64,000 nt of DNA from a virus, in the IMG/VR virus record IMGVR_UViG_3300020404_001578, positions 64,001 to 128,000 of that record; one strand, written 5' to 3'. This document shows positions 56,320 to 64,000 of the stretch, in pieces (within the stretch, counting starts at the first letter, position 1; every line of letters starts with the position of its first letter). Made by a program: the position numbers and the translations under genes. Under the pieces are notes generated by a model. It made no database searches, was not told the origin of the DNA, and was given only the letters and a program-made list of their open reading frames with translations.

Positions 56320-57216
56320 TTATCCCTCCCTTGTAATCAATGCTAATCCGAGTATCACCCATGGAAGGGCCGATACGCTTGATGCGATGGACTCGTCCTC
56401 TATATCAATACCGCCTAATTTGGGGAAGATAGTTTCTTGCGCTGCTTCCTTGAAATCACTCCAGTTTTTGTATATAGTAGCATTGTTGATATTCTTTTCA
56501 GCCAACATTTCTTGCTCACTTATACGTTGCATAAGTACTGCGTTTCTAGTTTGCATCTCTTTCAATTGCTCATTGATTAAACGGTTTCTTTCTTGACCTA
56601 GTCGCAAACGGTTTAGATATTGACGACGCATTTCATCTTTCTCTAATTTATGCTTCCAACGGTCAGTTGTTGAGATACTTTTACCGGGCAATCCCCTTGG
56701 TCCTCTTTGACCTCTTGCACCGGGGTATCCTCTTGGTCCTTGTTGTCCTGATGGTCCTGCAGGCCCTATTGGTCCTGTAGGTCCTACAACTAACTTAGGT
56801 TTGAGGGCCTTGTTTACACGTCTAGGTTTGCTTGTAATTGCTCGCACTTCTTTTGGTGCTGCTCTAATTACTGGTTTTGGTTTGAGATTTTTAGGAGGTA
56901 GTGGTTTAGGTTTGGGTACTCTTATTCCCATTCTCTTTAGTGCTTCACGTTGTTTACTTGACAATGACTTTGATGCTTTGGCCTTTGAACGAGTAATGAA
57001 TGAGCGTGTACTTCTTCTTACTGGTTTAGGTACTGATTTACTTGCTACCTTTGCTTTTTCCATCATTTTTCTAAATGTGGAAGTTTTGCGAACCGATGAA
57101 GTTTTTGCTTTCGCTTTCTTTTTTATTCGCTTGAGTGTTTTCTTGAAAGAGAATCCTAACTCACCGTAGGGAGAATGAGGGCTATACCCTAGGTGGTGCG
57201 GAGGCCTTCCTATCAA
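56320..57216 (-). CDS. Basic collagen-repeat protein with C-terminal TM
   Basis: GELG-FSF leader, K/R-rich region, about 11 Gly-X-Y triplets, coiled coil, TM. Confidence 0.75.
   Translation of the reverse strand: MIGRPPHHLGYSPHSPYGELGFSFKKTLKRIKKKAKAKTSSVRKTSTFRKMMEKAKVASKSVPKPVRRSTRSFITRSKAKASKSLSSKQREALKRMGIRVPKPKPLPPKNLKPKPVIRAAPKEVRAITSKPRRVNKALKPKLVVGPTGPIGPAGPSGQQGPRGYPGARGQRGPRGLPGKSISTTDRWKHKLEKDEMRRQYLNRLRLGQERNRLINEQLKEMQTRNAVLMQRISEQEMLAEKNINNATIYKNWSDFKEAAQETIFPKLGGIDIEDESIASSVSALPWVILGLALITREG
56683..56784 (-). repeat. Collagen-like (Gly-X-Y)n
   Basis: GPTGPIGPAGPSGQQGPRGYPGARGQRGPRGLPG. Confidence 0.9.
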
Positions 57217-57225
57217 GGACTCACC

Positions 57226-57621
57226 TCAGTTTAGTGCTTTCAACAGAATGTATCCGCCGCCAAGGTACATGGCTACGTCTTTCATTTTCATCTTGGTTGG
57301 GTTTAGGTTACCAGTAAGTGCTAGTAGTGCGCCACCAGTAGCAACTGCCTTGATGAATCCTGAGTCAGACATTGAAAGGTTTCCAAACATTCCGTAAAGT
57401 CCGGGTGTTTGTAGGTTTTCTAATCCTTGGTTGAATTCTGGGTCGTTACCGAATCCATTCATTCGTCCAAGTCCACCGAACATGATTGGTTCCTTTTGGA
57501 TGTTAGCCATGTATTCTTCCGGTAGTCTGATATCTGTTTCAAAGAAGTTGTTGCTATTGGCCGGCATTTGGTTAGGCTGTAGCATACCTCTTCGCTTTGC
57601 TTCTTTCATACTCATTTGCAT
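57226..57621 (-). CDS. Small membrane protein with LG/FG motifs
   Basis: MFGGLG, NGFG and GMFG motifs, then 2 hydrophobic helices. Confidence 0.7.
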   Translation of the reverse strand: MQMSMKEAKRRGMLQPNQMPANSNNFFETDIRLPEEYMANIQKEPIMFGGLGRMNGFGNDPEFNQGLENLQTPGLYGMFGNLSMSDSGFIKAVATGGALLALTGNLNPTKMKMKDVAMYLGGGYILLKALN

Positions 57622-57632
57622 ATTTGTTCCCT

Positions 57633-57929
57633 CTATTTGGTTCTGTGGTCCCAGATTCTCACTATTCCAAGTCCTAGTAATGCGCCAATTCCAAGGAGCA
57701 TAAAGGACTCCTTTTTGTTAGCGATAAGACCCATCGGTGTGGTTCTGGGAGCAGGAAGGTTAGGCATTGCGCCTAGTTGTTGCATCTCTGGATGCTGATT
57801 TATCAAACGCTCGGCATCGTTATTGATATTCATGTTAGCCATATCGGTATTGCCTAACTGTGTCATGGGTTCATCTCCGAATGCTATCGGTATATTTCCG
57901 TCTTCTTCATCTGTACCCATCCAAACCAT
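57633..57929 (-). CDS. Small membrane protein with QLG motifs
   Basis: TQLG and QQLG motifs; C-terminal TM. Confidence 0.7.
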   Translation of the reverse strand: MVWMGTDEEDGNIPIAFGDEPMTQLGNTDMANMNINNDAERLINQHPEMQQLGAMPNLPAPRTTPMGLIANKKESFMLLGIGALLGLGIVRIWDHRTK

Positions 57930-57933
57930 ACTT

Positions 57934-58623
57934 TCACCTTCTCCCTTTTATGAAACCAAGTACCTTACTATATGGGTGTTGATAACCCGTGCCTAAGTTA
58001 GCCGAGGACACACCACTTAATGAATTGATTCCTCCGGCAATGTTTTGGTGGTGTATCGGACTTCTTGCTGTGCTTGCATCAGCAATAAGCGGGTATACCT
58101 TGCTTACTGGTACTGATTGGTTGAGTTTGAAATTAGGGAAAATTAATTCGGCAACAATCCACTTGTTACCGTATTTCTTAGTTGGTGCCATAGTTTTAAC
58201 GCAGCCCATTACGTGGTTGAATACTCCATCTTTGTTAGAGTCTACAATAATTGCACCTGTTTGATATCCTAATGCGCCGAGTAGTGATGCCCATACAATA
58301 ACGAAGTCGTCGCAATCAGCACCAGAGTTTCCTGCTTCTACGTCCTTTAGGATACGTCTAGCCGTCATAAAGTACTCTACTGCCCATGGGTCCTTAACAT
58401 AGTGTACATTGTTTTGTACCCATTTGGTAATAGCAGTAATCTCTCCTAACTCGTCGTGTTGTCGTACACCTGCAGCATGAATAATTTGTAATGCTTTTTG
58501 TCGGACATACCTATCTCTAAGTCCATCCTCAATCAATCTGCGGAGGTATTCAACAACAACTTTGAATCGTTGGTCCATTGTTGTACCGGGCTTGAACTTT
58601 ACACGAAGAACCTGCTCGGCCAT
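57934..58623 (-). CDS. Transglutaminase-like cysteine protease (maturation protease candidate)
   Basis: WVQNNVHYVKDP...ADCDDFVIVWASLLGALGY...HV; C-terminal ANLG extension. Confidence 0.8.
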   Translation of the reverse strand: MAEQVLRVKFKPGTTMDQRFKVVVEYLRRLIEDGLRDRYVRQKALQIIHAAGVRQHDELGEITAITKWVQNNVHYVKDPWAVEYFMTARRILKDVEAGNSGADCDDFVIVWASLLGALGYQTGAIIVDSNKDGVFNHVMGCVKTMAPTKKYGNKWIVAELIFPNFKLNQSVPVSKVYPLIADASTARSPIHHQNIAGGINSLSGVSSANLGTGYQHPYSKVLGFIKGRR

Positions 58624-58660
58624 GTTATGGCCCAATCTATTCTTCGTATTAACACCTACG

Positions 58661-59086
58661 CTATTCATCAATAGTAGTAATTTCAATCATTACTTTAGGA
58701 CCTTTTTCTTGGGCTGCTGTTTTCTTGATAACTTGTAAGTTACATATCTGGGAATCATTATGATACGCTACTCCTTCCAACCCGTCTGCAATACCTTTGT
58801 ACAAGTTATCCACATCTGGTTTTTTGGTATTCCATTTTTCCGGTACTGGTGTTCGCTTCCTATGTGCTGACTTAGGTAAGGGCATAATACACTTAATCCA
58901 TACTTTGAGAGGTCCAGAGAATGGTTCTTCATGTCCATGTTCACGCATTGCTTTCATTCCAAATTCCTTGACCATTGTTTTCCAATCTCTAGATTTCTTT
59001 GGGTCGTACGCACGTGCGTAACCTCCGAATGTAGTAAGTCTGGGTCTACCCTGCGCAACCGGAGTGCCGGGAATTATTATTCGCAC
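58661..59086 (-). CDS. rusA: RusA-family Holliday junction resolvase
   Basis: PVAQGRPR and KPDVDNLYKGIADGL...NDSQI. Confidence 0.9.
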   Translation of the reverse strand: MRIIIPGTPVAQGRPRLTTFGGYARAYDPKKSRDWKTMVKEFGMKAMREHGHEEPFSGPLKVWIKCIMPLPKSAHRKRTPVPEKWNTKKPDVDNLYKGIADGLEGVAYHNDSQICNLQVIKKTAAQEKGPKVMIEITTIDE

Positions 59087-59099
59087 GTGTGGTATAGAA

Positions 59100-59891
59100 T
59101 CATCTCCTTCTAAGAGTAGGAGTCCTGTTTCGTTTTAGTGAAAGTGTAGGCTCTGGTGGTGTGTATCCTTCGTCTTCCTCTTCTTCAAAATCATCTTCTT
59201 CGTCGTCCCAATCAGGAGTGTATTCATCTTCTTCCTCTGGCCAATCTTCTGGTTCTAATTGAATTGTTTCTGGTAGGGTGATGTTTTGCATAATGTCATT
59301 TGTTGTTACTGTTGTTTCTGGTGCCTTTGGTCGTGCTTGGATGAATCCTAAGATTTCTTCTGCAGCGTCTAGTAGTTGTTTCCAATCAATTCGCTTTGCT
59401 TGGTTGATGTACATTGTTACATCTACCTCACGGAGATTATCTAGGACTTCGCTCAGTCCATCTTTGTTTTCCTTTAGTTTCTCTACTACTTCGGCAATGG
59501 GGTCTAAATCTAATTCATTTAGATTAACTCCAACCTTTTGGAATATACCCTTTGCTTCATCTAAGTCAGAAGTAAACGACGTAACTTTTTGATTAGCATC
59601 CTGTAATGTTTCATCAAGTTCTTCTGTAGCATCAATAACAACATCAAGATGGTCTAGTGTGTCGTTTGATTTACCATCTAATCTAATTGTTAGATAGGCG
59701 ATTACGCTATTGATACTTGCATTTAGAATTGCAACTGAAACGATTGATGTGTTGGTCAATCCCCAATCCGAGTTGAGTTGTAAAAGAGCAAATACGCTAA
59801 GAGCAGGAACAATGAATAACAAAACGTAGATTACCGTCGTCATTGAAAATGCCGAAGCATCTCGGTCAAAATGTGATTCGTCTTCCTGCAC
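59100..59891 (-). CDS. Membrane protein with coiled coil and acidic tail
   Basis: 2 N-terminal TM helices, heptad region, D/E-rich C-terminus; GGTGA RBS. Confidence 0.75.
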   Translation of the reverse strand: MQEDESHFDRDASAFSMTTVIYVLLFIVPALSVFALLQLNSDWGLTNTSIVSVAILNASINSVIAYLTIRLDGKSNDTLDHLDVVIDATEELDETLQDANQKVTSFTSDLDEAKGIFQKVGVNLNELDLDPIAEVVEKLKENKDGLSEVLDNLREVDVTMYINQAKRIDWKQLLDAAEEILGFIQARPKAPETTVTTNDIMQNITLPETIQLEPEDWPEEEDEYTPDWDDEEDDFEEEEDEGYTPPEPTLSLKRNRTPTLRRR

Positions 59892-59900
59892 TTAATCACC

Positions 59901-61412
59901 TCACGACCTCAAGGCTGCAAGGATTTCACGACAGAAGTTAGCGGTATCGGGTCTTTGTAGGAATCCAATATCGTGATGTAGCCCTCCTGTTGATTCAAAC
60001 GGTTTAATTTTAGCAATCAATTCTTCGTAGGTACTATTGACAAATGTTGCACCTAGTACTGGATTACTAGTTAGCCTATTCCGTGCTTCTGTAAGTACTG
60101 TATCTTTGCTGACTCCGTTCTCAACCATTTCCATTGCTTGTCTAATGTTTAATCCGATATCACGTACACTATCAATCAATAGGATGCGTTCTACCATCAA
60201 TTCCATCTTCTTTTGCGGGATTAGTTTAGAGTGTTCGGTCATAATAATTTCAACACCAATCTCAATTCTTTCCTGTAGTGCTTTCAAACGCTTAGGGTCT
60301 TGCAATTCCTCGGCTTTACCGGGGATTTGCTTCCAAGCATTCAACAACTCCATTTTGTATTGGTCTGGGGTGAAGTCCTGAATAACTGGTTCGGGTTCCT
60401 CCACTCCTTCTGAAAAGAATCCCGGTAGTTCATCTGCTTCGGCTTGTACCATTTGTTGTGGTTGCATCATCTGTTGCTCTTGCATCATTTGCTGCTGTTG
60501 CATCATCTGTTGTTGTTGAAGCATCTGTTGTTGCTGTATCTGTTGTTGGGATGGAACGGCTTCCTGTGCATACGGGTCATATGTTGGTACATCATAACCT
60601 GCCGGCACATTTCGCTTTGCGGCCATTGCGGAGGCTCCAGTGGCTACTGCTGATAGCACATCACTGTTGAGTAGTTTACTTGCTACTCTTTCAATCGCTC
60701 CTCCTTCATTGTTACCTAGAAGTTGGTCTACCATTTTCTCTTTGAAGATGCCTTTCATTTCACCATCAAAGAATCCATCGTTATCTGACTTCTTCATCAT
60801 GTCACGCATGAACGCCATTTGTTGGGTTAGGAATTGTTGGTCCCTTGCCATCTGTTCACGACGGTTTTCAATTTCTCTTTGTTGGTCCATTCTACGTTGT
60901 TCCATTTGTTGGTATGATGAAAACTTCATAGATTCAAGTTGCAGTGCTTGTTGCTGTGCCATGAAATTCATCATAGCAAATACAGAGTTGGATGTTGAAT
61001 CTCCTCCAGTCGGTGGTTGTATTGGTGGTGAGGGTAATGTAACAGGGGCTCTCATCATCTCTTCCATATGTTGTCCGGGGGTGTTTCTTCTACCTTCGGA
61101 GGTGTCTGGTCCGACTGATGAAATGATGCTACCGGGGATTGCGAATGCAGTTTTTGCATCTAATCCTCTAGCACTAAGCCATGCAGCATAATACTTCTTG
61201 ATTGTTTTCTGGGGCGCACCAATTCTGTTTGCTATTTCATCAAACGCAGGGTTTGCTGAACCGCCTACATAGTATGGGCTACCATCGTACCAATCATCAT
61301 CTTGGAATACTTCGTCCAATAATGTCTTTCTTTCACTGGGTTTTAGCGAATCCCATGCAGGGTCGCCACTTTGTTCATCTTCGTTACTATCTTCAAATAA
61401 TTCGTCTACCAT
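59901..61412 (-). CDS. Gln/Met-rich hypothetical protein
   Basis: Start MVDELF after GGTGA; QQQQMM repeats at about 60440-60550. Confidence 0.75.
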   Translation of the reverse strand: MVDELFEDSNEDEQSGDPAWDSLKPSERKTLLDEVFQDDDWYDGSPYYVGGSANPAFDEIANRIGAPQKTIKKYYAAWLSARGLDAKTAFAIPGSIISSVGPDTSEGRRNTPGQHMEEMMRAPVTLPSPPIQPPTGGDSTSNSVFAMMNFMAQQQALQLESMKFSSYQQMEQRRMDQQREIENRREQMARDQQFLTQQMAFMRDMMKKSDNDGFFDGEMKGIFKEKMVDQLLGNNEGGAIERVASKLLNSDVLSAVATGASAMAAKRNVPAGYDVPTYDPYAQEAVPSQQQIQQQQMLQQQQMMQQQQMMQEQQMMQPQQMVQAEADELPGFFSEGVEEPEPVIQDFTPDQYKMELLNAWKQIPGKAEELQDPKRLKALQERIEIGVEIIMTEHSKLIPQKKMELMVERILLIDSVRDIGLNIRQAMEMVENGVSKDTVLTEARNRLTSNPVLGATFVNSTYEELIAKIKPFESTGGLHHDIGFLQRPDTANFCREILAALRS

Positions 61413-61422
61413 ATTATCACCT

Positions 61423-61962
61423 TTACAATTCTTCTCCAAACTCGTCGCATTCTACTTCTTCACCAGTATCTGGGTCGTAAAAGAAATACGAACCGTCTTC
61501 TCTTTGGTAGAATTCGTCGTCTACTTCTTCATAATTAGCACTGTGGTCCATGGAGTCTTCTTTGATTCTACGCCAAAAACTGAGTGCGCCAGAAAATGCT
61601 TTAGAGCCAAACATAAGCCCTAATTCTCCCATTCCCTCTTTGATTACATCTTCAGCAGTACGTTCTTTCTTTGGAACTTCTACTTTTACATCGTGTTCCA
61701 TCAATACCGCAGCCAACATTACTACGTTTCTCCTAAGGTCGTCAATTGCATCTACAGAATGCCTGTGTGGGTTTGCAATCAGTTTTGACCAAATAAGTAA
61801 ATCGTTATCACGAATATCCTTTAGTTTCATGGTCAAGTCCTTATGGACAAAATCAATATCCATTGGTTTGCCCGTTTCTGGGTCAATGTCAATGGTCTTG
61901 TCGTCATTGGTAATATGAATCACCTCATGCGTATGGGTCGTCTGATTTTGTTTCCTTATCAT
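61423..61962 (-). CDS. Hypothetical protein
   Basis: 179 aa, acidic C-terminus. Confidence 0.65.
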   Translation of the reverse strand: MIRKQNQTTHTHEVIHITNDDKTIDIDPETGKPMDIDFVHKDLTMKLKDIRDNDLLIWSKLIANPHRHSVDAIDDLRRNVVMLAAVLMEHDVKVEVPKKERTAEDVIKEGMGELGLMFGSKAFSGALSFWRRIKEDSMDHSANYEEVDDEFYQREDGSYFFYDPDTGEEVECDEFGEEL

Positions 61963-62317
61963 CTGACTCTACTGGTTCTTGTGTTTCAGTAGTTTCTTTT
62001 GATTCGGGTTCCGCTTTTGGGGTTTCTTCTGCAAGACCGTACGGGTCATCCTCGTCATCTTCATCGTCCCAAAGATATTCATCATCAAATTCTAGGTCTG
62101 ATGCTAACTGTGCCAACATTAGCCCCCATACTTGATTGATTACTTGTGGGTCTGACCAAGACACTTGCTTTACTCTGTCCCAAGTGTATAGGGTTAAACC
62201 CGAATCGTTCTTTACGGCTAATCCAAAATCATGCATGATTACGGTAGCCGATACATATTCTTTCACTTCATCTTCGGGGCCGTCAAGGACGACCAACTTA
62301 CTAGCAACGGTCTGCAT
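61925..62317 (-). CDS. Hypothetical protein with acidic tail
   Basis: 130 aa, preceded by a class I promoter element. Confidence 0.7.
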   Translation of the reverse strand: MQTVASKLVVLDGPEDEVKEYVSATVIMHDFGLAVKNDSGLTLYTWDRVKQVSWSDPQVINQVWGLMLAQLASDLEFDDEYLWDDEDDEDDPYGLAEETPKAEPESKETTETQEPVESDDKETKSDDPYA

Positions 62318-62331
62318 GAATATAACGACAT

Positions 62332-62351
62332 TACGGGTAGGCTATTAACAA
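62332..62351 (-). promoter_or_regulatory. Class I promoter element TTGTTAATAGCCTACCCGTA
   Basis: Ends 14 nt before ATG 62317; degenerate copy of the 4869/10157 element. Confidence 0.55.
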
Positions 62352-62446
62352 ATTGTGTGAATAGATGTATGAATGTTGTAAACAAGAATACAATGTTTTA
62401 GAAAAAACACAATAGTAATATTCTACCTTAATCGTCGTACGTATCA

Positions 62447-63004
62447 ATGGAAACCAATAATTCTGAAACACGTTCACAAAAACAAGTTGCCCGTGAAAAG
62501 AAAAAGCGAGAAGATAAAATCAGAAACATATTCTGGACAAAAAACCTTGAAACAGAACCAAAAAAGAAAAGATTGCATATTGCAATTCCATCTTCTTCAA
62601 TAGAAACTATCAGTGACATTAGACAAATGCATTCTGTTGAATGTTGGAAGTATATTCCTGACGTAGTGTTAGATGCATTGTTCAATGAACAGATACATCT
62701 TCGTGATGAGGACCCTACAGACCCTACATATGTTCTAACTGATAGGGAGATTGTTCGTATGTCTTTGGAACTGTTGCGTTTGTATTTGATGGGTGCTGAC
62801 CATTACAACCGTAGATTACTAAGGAAACTAATTACTGCACATGGTCAAGAGTTGCAACCAGAGAAGTTGTTGGCGAATGTAGAAAGTGGTGCAAGGTATA
62901 CTCTTGCAGTAGATGCGTTACTTGAGATGCGTGAACAGGAAGAGGCTGCAATGAAGTCCGATGAAGCGTTTGACTTCTCGGCTGCTGACTTCCTAGATGA
63001 TTAG
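62447..63004 (+). CDS. Hypothetical protein, possibly DNA-binding
   Basis: 185 aa with basic N-terminus; divergent from an AT-rich intergenic region. Confidence 0.65.
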   Translation: METNNSETRSQKQVAREKKKREDKIRNIFWTKNLETEPKKKRLHIAIPSSSIETISDIRQMHSVECWKYIPDVVLDALFNEQIHLRDEDPTDPTYVLTDREIVRMSLELLRLYLMGADHYNRRLLRKLITAHGQELQPEKLLANVESGARYTLAVDALLEMREQEEAAMKSDEAFDFSAADFLDD

Positions 63005-63441
63005 TCAATGCGTATTTCGCAAATAGAAAGTGTAAGTACGGCGTCATTAGACATACGATTCTTCATGTGCCACTTCTCTACGTACTGTGTTGCTGATTCC
63101 TCATCGGTGAATGTTGCAAGTAATCCTAATGGGTGACTTTGCATTGTTGGTTCGGATATATCTACAATAACTGCACCCTCTGGTACTTCGTCTACACCCA
63201 TGATAGCATCCTTCAACTCTTCGTTACCCTCGGCGGCGTACTTTACTTTACGAGCCAACCTACCGCAGTCGCCCTTAGAACACCATGTAGATATTCTGTC
63301 TGGTGAGTACACTACCCATATTGATGAGGCTTTACTCAAGTCTGATGCACGATATGCATTTACTTCTTCTTCAAGTGAACTAATTTTATCTTGAAGTGTG
63401 TTGATAGTGATGCTTAATGCATCTACAACTGGGTCACCCAT
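63001..63441 (-). CDS. Hypothetical protein
   Basis: 146 aa, N-terminal coiled coil. Confidence 0.65.
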   Translation of the reverse strand: MGDPVVDALSITINTLQDKISSLEEEVNAYRASDLSKASSIWVVYSPDRISTWCSKGDCGRLARKVKYAAEGNEELKDAIMGVDEVPEGAVIVDISEPTMQSHPLGLLATFTDEESATQYVEKWHMKNRMSNDAVLTLSICEIRID

Positions 63442-63447
63442 AGGGCA

Positions 63448-63999
63448 TCAACCTTCATAACTGTGCGACGAAGTAACAATTGCTTCAAGTTTACTTGCAG
63501 GTAGCATGATTTCAATACCGGGGATTGGATTACGTAGTACGAGTTTTCCTTTCCTACGGAAGTTGTTTCGCAGTACACCTACTCGGTCTGGTTCATCAAG
63601 TACCATATCTTGGACTAAGAAACTGCCTTGGTAATTCTTCATCCACCATGAACGTGAGATACAGAAAGCAACTTGAGTGCGTTCATTTACAATTAATGCG
63701 TCTGGGGTTGGGCCAACCCAAAGTTGCCAACCATCTTCGGGTTTGCAAGTGTAGTTAGCAGGGCGAGTAGCCTTTGCAGAATCAAGTAAACGCTTTTGTA
63801 GAATTGCAGTTTGTTGTTCTGTAAGTTTTCTACCGTGGGCTTGTAGTGTTCTATATGAATCGGCAAACAATTGAAGATTCTCTTGGTAGATTTGTAGTGG
63901 GGTCTTTTCTTCCACCTCTTCTACCTCTTTGGTTTCTTCTACTGTTTCTTCAATGGTGATTTCATCATCAACGGAATCGTGTATCCCGTCATTATCTGC
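63448..63999 (-). CDS. Hypothetical protein, probably 5'-truncated by window edge
   Basis: The frame of track ORF 63448..63915 stays open to the window end (ADNDGIHDSVDDEITIEE...). Confidence 0.6.
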   Translation of the reverse strand, partial: ADNDGIHDSVDDEITIEETVEETKEVEEVEEKTPLQIYQENLQLFADSYRTLQAHGRKLTEQQTAILQKRLLDSAKATRPANYTCKPEDGWQLWVGPTPDALIVNERTQVAFCISRSWWMKNYQGSFLVQDMVLDEPDRVGVLRNNFRRKGKLVLRNPIPGIEIMLPASKLEAIVTSSHSYEG

Positions 64000-64000
64000 A

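Noticed and set aside
62352-62446. AT-rich gap as a replication origin
   Set aside because: No iterons or adjacent replication gene; adequately explained as a divergent promoter region.

Overview
This window looks like a 64-kb internal piece of a large archaeal dsDNA virus genome. Genes are dense and almost all on the minus strand, with GGTGA/GGAG ribosome-binding sites, TATA-like boxes about 26 nt before apparently leaderless starts, and a group II chaperonin (thermosome). I see no terminase, portal, tail or DNA polymerase gene. It does carry an FtsK/HerA (A32/P9-like) packaging ATPase, a transglutaminase-like Cys protease, many small membrane proteins, a membrane-anchored protamine-like protein and beta-rich capsid/spike candidates. 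This suggests a tailless, internal-membrane virus (Varidnaviria-like); a marine Thermoplasmatota/Poseidoniales-type host is only a guess. The most striking pattern is a two-code polyprotein system. (1) Across about 26 kb (23059-49219), large proteins are strings of unrelated enzyme modules (JAB, HD, guanylate-kinase-like, YbjQ, nucleotidyltransferase, MazG, ADP-ribosyltransferase-like, primase/ligase, papain protease, HAD, Nudix) separated by an Asn-Pro motif, often basic-x-N-P. (2) The structural/membrane proteins at 11.6-14.3 kb and 49.2-58.7 kb are instead punctuated by an x-x-L-G motif. Other notable items: a complete Ras-like small GTPase, a zinc finger hidden in a -1 frame, two promoter classes, two antisense RHH regulator cassettes and structured intergenic hairpins. 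All family calls come from motif recognition by eye, not database searches.
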